Below are positions 25,045 through 33,091 of a DNA stretch of 64,000 bases, in pieces. Where the stretch lies: positions 2,412-66,411 of the forward strand of contig JAUYCZ010000003.1 in the NCBI GenBank assembly GCA_030704795.1, written 5' to 3'. Numbering within the stretch: position 1 is the stretch's first letter; each line of letters begins with the position of its first letter. The DNA is from a bacterium. Its GTDB lineage: Bacteria; Patescibacteriota; Minisyncoccia; Minisyncoccales; GWA2-46-15. The notes beneath the pieces were generated by a model. That model was not told the origin of the DNA, did not search any database, and worked only from the letters and a program-made list of their open reading frames with translations. The translations under genes were made by a program, and so were the position numbers.

Positions 25045-26451
25045 ATGTTAGGGAAATTATTATATCAATTTAAAGGCGTCGTCAAGAAACTTTTGCCGAC
25101 TTTTTTGATCAGCGGGTATCATCTTGGCTTGGCTTTTTTAGCCGCTCTGGTCTATCGTTTTCCGGGCAAGAAAATCAAAGTCATGGGGGTGACCGGCACC
25201 AACGGCAAATCCACCGTCGTCGAGATGCTCTCCCGCATTTTTGAGGAAGCCGGTTTTAAGGTCGCTTCTCTTTCTTCAATCAGGTTCAGAATTCTGGGCC
25301 GGGAAGAAGTCAACGACAAGCGCATGACCATGCCGGGCCGCTCTTTTGTCCAGGGATTCTTAAGGAGAGCCAAAGACCAGGGCTGCTCCCAGGTCATCCT
25401 AGAGGTGACTTCAGAGGGCATCAAGCAGCACCGCCACGAATTTATTGATTTTGACACGGCGGTCTTTACCAACCTGTCTCCCGAGCACATCGAGTCGCAC
25501 GGATCGTTCGAAAAATATCGGCAGGAAAAAGGAAAGTTATTCAGAGCAACCAAAAATATCCACGTCCTCAATCTTGACGACGATAATCTCGATTTCTTCT
25601 GGCGCTTTCCGGCCAAAGAAAAGTGGGGGTACTGCTTAAAAAATCCAAATTCTCCTTCGACCCCGAGCTCAGGACCGAGGGGCAAAGTACAAATTCCAAA
25701 TAAATTCCAAAGTACAAATTCCAAATTCCAAACCATCAAAGCAGACAACGTGGAAATTTTAGCCGATGGCTCAAAGTTTACCGTTGGCAGCTCGGAATTC
25801 AAGCTAAATTTATTGGGAGAGTTCAATATTTGCAACGCTCTGGCCGCCATCGCCGCCGCCCAGTCGCAGGGGATCGGCCTGGAAACCTGCAAAAAGGCCC
25901 TGGAGAAAATGGAAGGGATGCCGGGACGGATGGAAGAAGTGATCAGAGAGCCCTTCCGCGTCTTGGTGGACTACGCCTTTACCCCCAACGCCATCCAGAA
26001 GGTCTACGAAACCATTTCTCAGACAATCAAATCTCCCGACCCCAATTCCAAGATGATCTGCGTTCTGGGGTCCTGCGGCGGCGGTCGGGACAAATGGAAG
26101 AGACCGGTCCTGGGAGGGATCGCCGCTAAATACTGTCAGGAAATTATTCTGACTAACGAAGATCCTTATGACGAAAATCCCCAGGAAATCATTGACCAAG
26201 TCGCCAAGGGCGTTGAGAGTATCAGCATTAATCAGTTGAATCAGCATAAATCAGTGGTCTATAAAATTATCGATAGAAGAGAAGCAATCGCCAAAGCTTT
26301 AAACCTGGCAAAAGATGGCGATACGGCAATAATCACCGGCAAGGGCTGCGAACCCTCGATTTGCCTTGCGGACGGGAAACAGATACCTTGGGATGACAGG
26401 CAGGTGGTTAGAGAAGAGTTTCAAAAATTACAAAAAACAAGCGGCCATTGA
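25045..26451 (+). CDS. murE: Mur ligase family protein, MurE-like (UDP-MurNAc-tripeptide synthetase)
   Basis: GVTGTNGKSTV P-loop, central and C-terminal Mur ligase regions (DYAFTPNA, ITGKG). Contains a low-complexity insert at about 25640-25735. Start uncertain (TTG 25021 or ATG 25045). Confidence 0.7.
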   Translation: MLGKLLYQFKGVVKKLLPTFLISGYHLGLAFLAALVYRFPGKKIKVMGVTGTNGKSTVVEMLSRIFEEAGFKVASLSSIRFRILGREEVNDKRMTMPGRSFVQGFLRRAKDQGCSQVILEVTSEGIKQHRHEFIDFDTAVFTNLSPEHIESHGSFEKYRQEKGKLFRATKNIHVLNLDDDNLDFFWRFPAKEKWGYCLKNPNSPSTPSSGPRGKVQIPNKFQSTNSKFQTIKADNVEILADGSKFTVGSSEFKLNLLGEFNICNALAAIAAAQSQGIGLETCKKALEKMEGMPGRMEEVIREPFRVLVDYAFTPNAIQKVYETISQTIKSPDPNSKMICVLGSCGGGRDKWKRPVLGGIAAKYCQEIILTNEDPYDENPQEIIDQVAKGVESISINQLNQHKSVVYKIIDRREAIAKALNLAKDGDTAIITGKGCEPSICLADGKQIPWDDRQVVREEFQKLQKTSGH

Positions 26452-26458
26452 TTTTATT

Positions 26459-27895
26459 TTGAAAAAAGAAGATTTCGTAAAAATTAATGACTGGTCATGG
26501 GAAATCCCTCAATCTTTTCGAGAAGATATGAGGGTTCCGGCGCGGATTTTCGCTTCGGGAAAGATTTTGGAAAAAGTAGAACCAGAGGCGATAAATCAGG
26601 TAATTAATGTTGCCGCCCTTCCCGGAATCGTTAAATATTCTTTAGCCATGCCCGATCTTCATACCGGTTATGGTTTTGTTATTGGCGGAGTGGCAGCTAC
26701 CAAGTTGCCTGACGGCATAATTTCACCAGGCGGAATTGGTTATGACCAAAATTGCGGAGTCAGATTATTGAAATCCGAATATACCGAAGCAGAAATTAAG
26801 CCATATTTAGAGAAATTAGCAACAGAGATTCAAAAAGAAGTGCCTTCGGGTCTTGGCCAAAGCGGACAGATTAAACTTTCTGGAAAGGAAATGGAAGAAA
26901 TTTTAGAGGGAGGAGTGCCTTGTCTGGTCAAAAAAGGATATGGTGTGTCAGAGGATGTTGAGAATTGCGAAGAGGGGGGACGAATAGAAGAAGCTGATGC
27001 GTCGGCAGTCTCCGGACACGCTAAGGATCGAGGAAAAAATCAGCTTGGGACTTTGGGCAGCGGGAATCATTTTTGCGAAGTGCAAAAAGTTGAAGAAATT
27101 TTTGACGAAGAAACGGCCAGGGTTTTCGGATTATTTAGGGGCCAGGTTGTGGCGATGGTCCATACGGGCAGTCGGGGACTGGGGCATCAGAACTGCACCG
27201 ATTATTTGAAGATAGCGATGGGGGTAATGCCCAAATACAACATAACGGTGCCAGACAGAGAATTGGCTTGTGTTCCCTTTAATTCATCAGAAGGACAAAA
27301 GTTTTTTCAAGCAATGGCCGCCGCCTGTAATTTTGCCTGGGCAAATAGACAGATGATCACGCATTATATAAGAAAAGCTTGGAGCTCAGTTCTGGGAGAA
27401 AAATCAGAATTAAAATTACTTTACGACGTAGCCCATAACATTGCTAAAATTGAAGAACACGAGGTTAATGGAGAAAAAATGAAATTAATAGTTCATAGAA
27501 AGGGCGCGACCCGGGCTTTTCCACCAGGTCATCCGGGGATTCCCCTTATCTATAAGGATACTGGGCAACCAGCAATTCTTCCGGGATCGATGGGAACCGC
27601 CTCCTATATTTTGGTTGGCTCTAAAGAAGGGAAAGAAAGTTTTTATTCTACGGCTCATGGCGCCGGCCGGGCAATGTCGCGCCATCAGGCCGCCAAAATG
27701 AGTTCAGGTCAGGAAGTAGTAAGGGGGCTTGAAAGGCAGGGGATTATTATCAAGTGCCGATCATGGCAGGGCATCGTCGAAGAAGCCCCCTTTGCTTACA
27801 AGAACGTGGATGAGGTGGTGGAAGTGGTCCATCAAGCCGGGCTTTCAAAAAAAGTAGCTCGTTTGGCCCCCCTGGCCGTCATTAAGGGGGAATAG
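26459..27895 (+). CDS. rtcB: RNA 3'-phosphate ligase RtcB
   Basis: MPDLHTGYGFVIGGVAA, GYDQNCGVR, GSGNHF, HTGSRGLGHQ, AHGAGR. Start proposed at TTG 26459 (the track's longer ORF overlaps murE). Confidence 0.85.
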   Translation: MKKEDFVKINDWSWEIPQSFREDMRVPARIFASGKILEKVEPEAINQVINVAALPGIVKYSLAMPDLHTGYGFVIGGVAATKLPDGIISPGGIGYDQNCGVRLLKSEYTEAEIKPYLEKLATEIQKEVPSGLGQSGQIKLSGKEMEEILEGGVPCLVKKGYGVSEDVENCEEGGRIEEADASAVSGHAKDRGKNQLGTLGSGNHFCEVQKVEEIFDEETARVFGLFRGQVVAMVHTGSRGLGHQNCTDYLKIAMGVMPKYNITVPDRELACVPFNSSEGQKFFQAMAAACNFAWANRQMITHYIRKAWSSVLGEKSELKLLYDVAHNIAKIEEHEVNGEKMKLIVHRKGATRAFPPGHPGIPLIYKDTGQPAILPGSMGTASYILVGSKEGKESFYSTAHGAGRAMSRHQAAKMSSGQEVVRGLERQGIIIKCRSWQGIVEEAPFAYKNVDEVVEVVHQAGLSKKVARLAPLAVIKGE

Positions 27896-27993
27896 AAGCG
27901 CGCCCGGGCAAGTATTGCCGAAGAAGCCCTAATCACTTATGATTATGAGGTAAGCAAGTCTTAGAATGTTAAACTTTGGGCCCAAAATTGAAG

Positions 27994-28119
27994 ATGAAAA
28001 AAAAGAGATTGGCCAAATCAATCAGGAAATTTATTCGTCGAGAAAAAGCGCGGATTCGCCGCGAGGTTTTGGATTCGAAGAAACAAGAACAATTAATCCA
28101 AGAGCTTTGCCATAAATGA
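27994..28119 (+). CDS. Possible 41-aa basic small protein, translationally coupled to the next gene
   Basis: MKKKRLAKSIRKFIRREKARIRREVLDSKKQEQLIQELCHK. Its stop overlaps the downstream ATG (ATGA at 28116-28119). Confidence 0.4.
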   Translation: MKKKRLAKSIRKFIRREKARIRREVLDSKKQEQLIQELCHK

Positions 28120-29063
28120 AGGTTAAAGAAATCTACAATTTAGCCGTCAAGATGGGCCGGGAGGCAGACTTTCGTCCGGTTGAACAGATCGATAAATTAT
28201 TAAAATGGAGGAAAGAAAAGTTCGATAAGATGTCCTCCGAAGAAAAGACGGAGTTTGACCAGGAGTCTCTGGAGAATCCCTACTCCGATAGCCGGATTCT
28301 GCACTTGGCCGAAGATCGGGAGATAAAACGAGCTCTGGTTGGCATTGATATTGATCCCGCCGAAATTTTATTGGCCAAAGAATTGGGCAATATTGATTTA
28401 ATTATCTCTCACCATCCTTTGGGCAAAGCTTTGGCCAGCCTGCACGAGGTGATGGAATTGCAGTGCGACGTTCTCAGTCAGTACGGCGTGCCCATCAACG
28501 TGGCCGAGGGCCTGATGCGGGAGAGAATTTCAGAAGTAGCTCGCCGGGTTGGTTCCGGCAATCACCAACAAGTGGTGGATACGGCCAAACTTTTAGGCTT
28601 TAATCTGATGTGTTCGCATACAGTGGCCGATAATCTGGCCGCCCGCTTTTTAAAAGAAAAAATTGAGAAGGCCAGTCCGGAGAGAATCAGCGATTTGATG
28701 AAGCTTTTGCGGGAAATCAAGGAATATCAGATAGCGGCCAAGCTTTGTGCCGGGCCCAAGATTTTCGTCGGCCAATCCGATAATCGTTGCGGTAAAATTG
28801 CCTTAACGGAGATTACCGGCGGTACCGAAGGCTCGCCCAAGCTCTATGAAAAAATGGCCATCGCCGGCCTCGGCACCATTATCGGCATGCACATGTCTGA
28901 GGAAGGCAAGAAAGAGGCAGAAAGCGCTAACCTGAACGTCGTCATCGCCGGTCACATGTCATCTGATTCATTAGGGATGAATCTTTTTCTGGACGAATTA
29001 GAGAAGCAGGGAATGGAAATCATTCCTTGTTCCGGATTGATCCGCGTTTCGAGAGCCAAATAA
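28116..29063 (+). CDS. NIF3 (DUF34/YbgI)-family dinuclear metal-centre protein
   Basis: DLIISHHPLG motif, a second His cluster VIAGHMSSD, 315 aa. Confidence 0.6.
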   Translation: MKVKEIYNLAVKMGREADFRPVEQIDKLLKWRKEKFDKMSSEEKTEFDQESLENPYSDSRILHLAEDREIKRALVGIDIDPAEILLAKELGNIDLIISHHPLGKALASLHEVMELQCDVLSQYGVPINVAEGLMRERISEVARRVGSGNHQQVVDTAKLLGFNLMCSHTVADNLAARFLKEKIEKASPERISDLMKLLREIKEYQIAAKLCAGPKIFVGQSDNRCGKIALTEITGGTEGSPKLYEKMAIAGLGTIIGMHMSEEGKKEAESANLNVVIAGHMSSDSLGMNLFLDELEKQGMEIIPCSGLIRVSRAK

Positions 29064-29090
29064 TTGCGTAAATGTCCCTCGCTTTTTACT

Positions 29091-29118
29091 AAACCCGCGT
29101 GAGCGGGTTTTTTTCTTT
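29091..29118 (+). terminator. Rho-independent terminator
   Basis: AAACCCGC GTGA GCGGGTTT followed by a T-run. Confidence 0.75.
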
Positions 29119-29119
29119 C

Positions 29120-29148
29120 TTGACAATTGTAATTATTCTTAGTAGAGT
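29120..29148 (+). promoter_or_regulatory. Sigma70-like promoter TTGACA-17-TAGAGT for the lipoprotein cassette
   Basis: TTGACA 29120-29125 and TAGAGT 29143-29148. SD GAGAGGAG at 29166-29173. Confidence 0.55.
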
Positions 29149-29180
29149 TGGCCTATTCCAAATCCAGAGAGGAGATCGTA

Positions 29181-29615
29181 ATGAACCGCTTGTGTATCTG
29201 CTTGTTTCTAGTTTTTGCTCTTTCCGCCTGCGCTTCGTCAGTTTCTGCCCCAGCCCCTGCTCCATCGTCGGCACCCCAACCGACATGCCTCATCGCTTTG
29301 GAGCAGAAGAATCCGCCGCCGCTCTCTCAAGAAGCGCAGGCCCAAGGGATCGGGCAGCGCTGGTCGCCGGTCAGCGGAGACATCTTCAAAGAGGACGGCG
29401 CGACTGTCACCTATGCGGGCGTGAAGATTTCCTTTGGCGTCGAAGGTTATGTCGCCAAAACGGGGTCTCAAACAGCGACAGCAAAAGCCGCTAAAGAAGA
29501 ATCCGTGGAGCTGGCGCTTTCTTGCGGAAACATGACAATACGAGTTTTTCTCAAGTACGACGGGAGTCGCTGGCACTCCCTGGAGTATTTCAAGAAGGAG
29601 GGTTCCCAGGCGTAG
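29181..29615 (+). CDS. Lipoprotein, unknown function, in a compositionally GC-rich cassette
   Basis: Start at ATG 29181 gives MNRLCICLFLVFALSAC with lipobox LSAC, then a Pro/Ala/Ser linker. The region shows pile-ups of overlapping ORFs in many frames, which is typical of locally high GC. Confidence 0.65.
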   Translation: MNRLCICLFLVFALSACASSVSAPAPAPSSAPQPTCLIALEQKNPPPLSQEAQAQGIGQRWSPVSGDIFKEDGATVTYAGVKISFGVEGYVAKTGSQTATAKAAKEESVELALSCGNMTIRVFLKYDGSRWHSLEYFKKEGSQA

Positions 29616-29624
29616 GCAAAACGA

Positions 29625-29656
29625 AACAGCCGCTCAGAAGACCGAGCGGTTGTTTT
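29625..29656 (+). terminator. Rho-independent terminator
   Basis: AACAGCCGCTC (loop AGAAGACC) GAGCGGTTGTT followed by TTTT. Confidence 0.65.
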
Positions 29657-29692
29657 CATTCTAACCAGAAAATCTGCTAAGATGAACTTGTC

Positions 29693-29860
29693 ATGATGAA
29701 AAAATATTCTTCCAATCGGGCCCAAAAAGGCAAAACCGCTTTTCGGACGCCGGACAGAATCTGGGCGGGCGGAAAAATTAAAAAAACCCCGATAAGAGCG
29801 AAGTCGGTGCGCTATCGTTTTAGCGCCGCTTCTCGGCAAGTCAAACGGAAAGCCGTTTGA
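29693..29860 (+). CDS. Doubtful 55-aa basic ORF
   Basis: MMKKYSSNRAQKGKTAFRTPDRIWAGGKIKKTPIRAKSVRYRFSAASRQVKRKAV. TAAGAT lies 9 nt upstream. Its 3' end overlaps the convergent Elp3 gene by 20 nt inside the hairpin TCAAACGG AAAG CCGTTTGA. Confidence 0.2.
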   Translation: MMKKYSSNRAQKGKTAFRTPDRIWAGGKIKKTPIRAKSVRYRFSAASRQVKRKAV

Positions 29861-31460
29861 CCATATAAGTATTCTGGAGTTTGTAGCCGAGTTTGCGAAA
29901 ATAGCCCCTGACGCCGACGCTGGAGATAACAGCGATTTTTTTAATTCTGAATTCCTTTAAAGCGATTTTTTCCGCTTCTCTCACCAATTTTTTTCCCAGG
30001 CCTTGGTGCTGGGGCGAGTTTTTTTGCTTTTGGCCGAGACCAATTGCTTGGCCGTAAATGTGAACTTCGCGGATCAAAGCCGCACCTTTTAGCGCCGGGA
30101 AAATTGCGGGAGGTCCGACCTCCTCTGTTTTTGGCAGGCGGAGACGGAGAAGGCCGTAAAGATGTTTACGGTTCTTGTCCTCGAAGCTTAAAAAGATTTC
30201 TTTGCCGCCGGAAGCTTGGTAATCCTGACGGAAAAGCAAAAGATTTTTACTAACAGAAGGATTCTCTTTTGGTTCACGGCACCGAACGCAAAGACATTTT
30301 AAATTTTCCTCCCCCATCTCTTTTTTAATCAGCTCTCGGAGGTTGGAAACCTTAGTCGGACCCTCAACGATCCGGGGAGCGGGAATGTCGCGGATAATTC
30401 TTTCAATCCGGACATAAAGAGGGACCCGTGACTTTATCGTCTTGATGATTTTAACCAGAGCTTTAATTTTATACGGCCTATAGTTTCCCCGAAGATACCA
30501 GAGATAGAGAGGAGCTTCTTTGATAATGGCGCAGGGGTAGATCTTTAAATAATCCGGTTGAAACCTCGGGTCTTTAAATAATTCTTCGGCCATCGTCATT
30601 TCTCTTTTTGGGCTGGCGCCCGGCAAATTAAGCATCATTTGGTAAGAAACTTTAAAGCCGGCGTCTTTCAAAAGCTTGGTCGCTCGGACGATTTCTTCAA
30701 CTCCGTGCCCCCGCCGGACCAATTTTAGGACATTTTCTTCCAGACTTTGAACGCCCAATTCAACCTTTGTCACTCCGAGCATTCTTAGTCTTTTTATTTC
30801 TTTTTGGTTAATCCAATCCGGCCGAGTCTCAATTGAAAGCCCGACGATGCGGTTTTCCGCTTTTTCGTTAGTTCTTTGAACAACTAATAGGTTTTGGGTT
30901 TTTCCTTCTACTTTTTTATATTCGTTTGCTCCTTCAAAGCATCTTTTAACGAACCAGGTTTGGTAGTTCTTCGGGTAAGCCGACCAGGTGGCGCCGATGA
31001 TCCTTAGGTCGATTTTACCAATCGGGTGACCTTGGGCTTCGAGAGCTCTCAGTCTCTCTTGAAACTGTAAATAAGGGTCAAAATTTAGCCTTTTGGCTCT
31101 TTCCACGGCCGGCTCGCCCGAGAGATAGCTTTTAGGGATGCCTTTTTCCAGAGGGCAGAAAACGCAGGCGGCCGGGCAGGGGTAGGCTTTGGTCAGGAGC
31201 GAAATATTAACGATCCCGGAAAGCGAACGGATTGGTCGAGTTCGTAAAAGTTTTTCCAGAAACAGACTTTCTTTGAACTTTCCTGTTTTTACCAGTTTAT
31301 GATAGGCTTCAAGCAGGATCGAGTTTTTTGGACAGGCGACGCCATATTTTTTAGCCCATCGGCGTTTTAATAAAGCTAAATCTTCCAGTTTGGTCACCCG
31401 GTTTTTGATCAAGTTTTTAATTATTATTTCTAATAAAACCATGAAAGAGAGGCTAGCCAA
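29841..31460 (-). CDS. elp3: Elp3-type radical-SAM / GNAT acetyltransferase (tRNA U34 cm5-forming enzyme homologue)
   Basis: Radical-SAM cluster YPCPAACVFCP (CxxxCxxC), a TIM-barrel-like core, and a C-terminal GNAT motif HQGLGKKLVREAEKIA. Start at 31460 or 31442. Confidence 0.8.
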   Translation of the reverse strand: MASLSFMVLLEIIIKNLIKNRVTKLEDLALLKRRWAKKYGVACPKNSILLEAYHKLVKTGKFKESLFLEKLLRTRPIRSLSGIVNISLLTKAYPCPAACVFCPLEKGIPKSYLSGEPAVERAKRLNFDPYLQFQERLRALEAQGHPIGKIDLRIIGATWSAYPKNYQTWFVKRCFEGANEYKKVEGKTQNLLVVQRTNEKAENRIVGLSIETRPDWINQKEIKRLRMLGVTKVELGVQSLEENVLKLVRRGHGVEEIVRATKLLKDAGFKVSYQMMLNLPGASPKREMTMAEELFKDPRFQPDYLKIYPCAIIKEAPLYLWYLRGNYRPYKIKALVKIIKTIKSRVPLYVRIERIIRDIPAPRIVEGPTKVSNLRELIKKEMGEENLKCLCVRCREPKENPSVSKNLLLFRQDYQASGGKEIFLSFEDKNRKHLYGLLRLRLPKTEEVGPPAIFPALKGAALIREVHIYGQAIGLGQKQKNSPQHQGLGKKLVREAEKIALKEFRIKKIAVISSVGVRGYFRKLGYKLQNTYMVKRLSV

Positions 31461-32139
31461 AGAATTATTAGAGAAGACAAAAAAAGATTATAATTTGATT
31501 GCCGAGGAGTTTTCCCGGACGCGGCGCAACCTTTGGTCAGAACTCTTTGCTGTTTTTAAAGATTATACCAAAGAAAAGGACAAAGTCTTAGACGTTGGCT
31601 GCGGCAACGGCCGGTTTTTAGACTTGCTCGGCCAAAAGAAAATAGATTATATCGGCGTTGATAATTCAGAAGAACAGATCAGAGAAGCCCAAAAGAAATA
31701 TCCGGACAGAAACTTCCTGGTGGCCGACGCTTTAAATCTGCCGTTTCCCAATGATTCTTTCGATAAAGTTTTTTTGATCGCCGTTTTGCACCATATTCCC
31801 AGCATAAATTTAAGGATAAAAGTTCTGGCTGAACTTCAGAGAGTTTTAAAACCCGGAGGCTTTTTACTTTTAACCGTCTGGCGGCCGCCTTTGGCAGAAA
31901 TCCTTAAACTGATTTCAAAATACTCTTTTTTGAGATTGATTAGAAGATCTAAAATGGATTTTGGCGACGTCCTTGTTCCCTGGGGAAGCCGGGTTGAAAG
32001 ATACTATCATTTTTTTAAAAAGAGTGAGATTATGGAATTAGCTAACCGGGCTGGTTTTAAGACGCTCAAGTCAGAAATTGTCAGGAATCAAACCGGCAAA
32101 AGATCAAATCTTTATTTGATTGCCCAAAAGTCCCCGTAG
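31441..32139 (+). CDS. Trm9-like class I SAM-dependent methyltransferase
   Basis: Start at ATG 31441. YNLIAEEFSRTRRNLW, LDVGCGNGRFL, LVADALNLPFPNDSFDKVFLIAVLHHI, LKPGGFLLLTVW, DVLVPW and RYYHFF follow my recollection of yeast Trm9 block by block. Confidence 0.7.
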   Translation: MKERLAKELLEKTKKDYNLIAEEFSRTRRNLWSELFAVFKDYTKEKDKVLDVGCGNGRFLDLLGQKKIDYIGVDNSEEQIREAQKKYPDRNFLVADALNLPFPNDSFDKVFLIAVLHHIPSINLRIKVLAELQRVLKPGGFLLLTVWRPPLAEILKLISKYSFLRLIRRSKMDFGDVLVPWGSRVERYYHFFKKSEIMELANRAGFKTLKSEIVRNQTGKRSNLYLIAQKSP

Positions 32140-32203
32140 TTCAATTGGATAGAATGCCTCCCTCCGAAGGAGGAGATTGTGCGTTCGAGTCGCACCGGGG
32201 ACA
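32130..32203 (+). tRNA. tRNA-Arg (anticodon CCG), CCA not encoded
   Basis: Hand-folded cloverleaf: acceptor GTCCCCG/CGGGGAC, anticodon stem CCTCC/GGAGG with loop CTCCGAA, T arm GTGCG TTCGAGT CGCAC, discriminator A. 74 nt. Confidence 0.9.
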
Positions 32204-32229
32204 CAAGAGGTTTTAGTGAACTTCATAAA

Positions 32230-33050
32230 ACGTAAAGACGTAAAGTATCAGATACTTTACGGGTGTAAAAGAAATTATTATTATAGTAAAAAATGTATAT
32301 TCGACCTAAATATCACGAAGACGGCGTCTATCATGTTTATAACCGCGGGGTGGCAAAGCTGCCGATTTTTCTGAAAGACAGCGACTATTTTGATTTCAAG
32401 CAAATAATGCGCTATCTCCTGGTTGGTTTCCCTGAACCAGAAGACAAGAGATTAAGCTTTTCCCGCCGGTGGCGGGCAGAAAATAAGCCGGTATCGTTTA
32501 CGGCTGATCCATCCAGCAACGGGATGTTTAAAGGCGTTCTGGATTTATTGGCTTATTGTTTAATGCAAAATCATTTCCATTTTCTGGTACGGATTCGTAA
32601 AGTATCTGATACTCTACAGTTGCCAATTTCCGAATTTATCAAAAGACTAGGAATTACTTATTCCCGTAAATTCAATCACGATAACCAGCGGGTGGGACCG
32701 ATTTTTCAGGGAAGATTTAAAATTAAGGAAGTTGGCACTGATGAATTAGTAATTCATACAGCGCGATATATACATATCAACCCAATAATGGCTGGACTGG
32801 TTAAGAGACCGGAAAATTGGAAACATAGTGATCTTTTGGAGTACTTTAATTTTCAACCAGCAGCACCCAACACCATGTCTAAACCGTTATTCGTTTTGGA
32901 ATATTTTAACCGAAGCCCAAAGGCCTATCGAGATTTTGTCGAAGCCCAATTCACCGAACAAGATTATCAAAAAATTTCTAGTATTGCTTTAGAAAATAAG
33001 CCTTAGACCTGTAAAGTGTAAAGTATCTGATACTTTACACTTTAAATCCT
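32230..33050 (+). mobile_element. IS200/IS605-superfamily (RAYT-like) element: Y1 transposase gene flanked by the same palindrome
   Basis: GTAAAGTATCAGATACTTTAC at 32240-32260 and GTAAAGTATCTGATACTTTAC at 33018-33038 (extended hairpin 33011-33045). Sits immediately 3' of tRNA-Arg. Confidence 0.7.
32293..33006 (+). CDS. HUH Y1 tyrosine transposase (IS200-like / REP-associated RAYT type)
   Basis: YHVYNRGV, HUH motif QNHFHFLV, catalytic-Tyr region ARYIHINP. Confidence 0.75.
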   Translation: MYIRPKYHEDGVYHVYNRGVAKLPIFLKDSDYFDFKQIMRYLLVGFPEPEDKRLSFSRRWRAENKPVSFTADPSSNGMFKGVLDLLAYCLMQNHFHFLVRIRKVSDTLQLPISEFIKRLGITYSRKFNHDNQRVGPIFQGRFKIKEVGTDELVIHTARYIHINPIMAGLVKRPENWKHSDLLEYFNFQPAAPNTMSKPLFVLEYFNRSPKAYRDFVEAQFTEQDYQKISSIALENKP

Positions 33051-33091
33051 TGCGGGGACACTGACGAAATAATAAATTAACCAATCACAAT

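Noticed and set aside
25152-26247. 246-aa and 145-aa minus-strand ORFs, and 99-aa and 64-aa plus-strand ORFs, inside the Mur ligase gene
   Set aside because: They are antisense or off-frame to a gene with clear Mur ligase motifs and have no motifs of their own.
29099-29839. Five further overlapping ORFs (131, 69, 112, 123 aa and others) in the GC-rich cassette
   Set aside because: Only the frame starting at ATG 29181 has an SD, a signal peptide and a lipobox. The others are Arg/Pro/Ser-rich off-frame products expected in GC-rich DNA.
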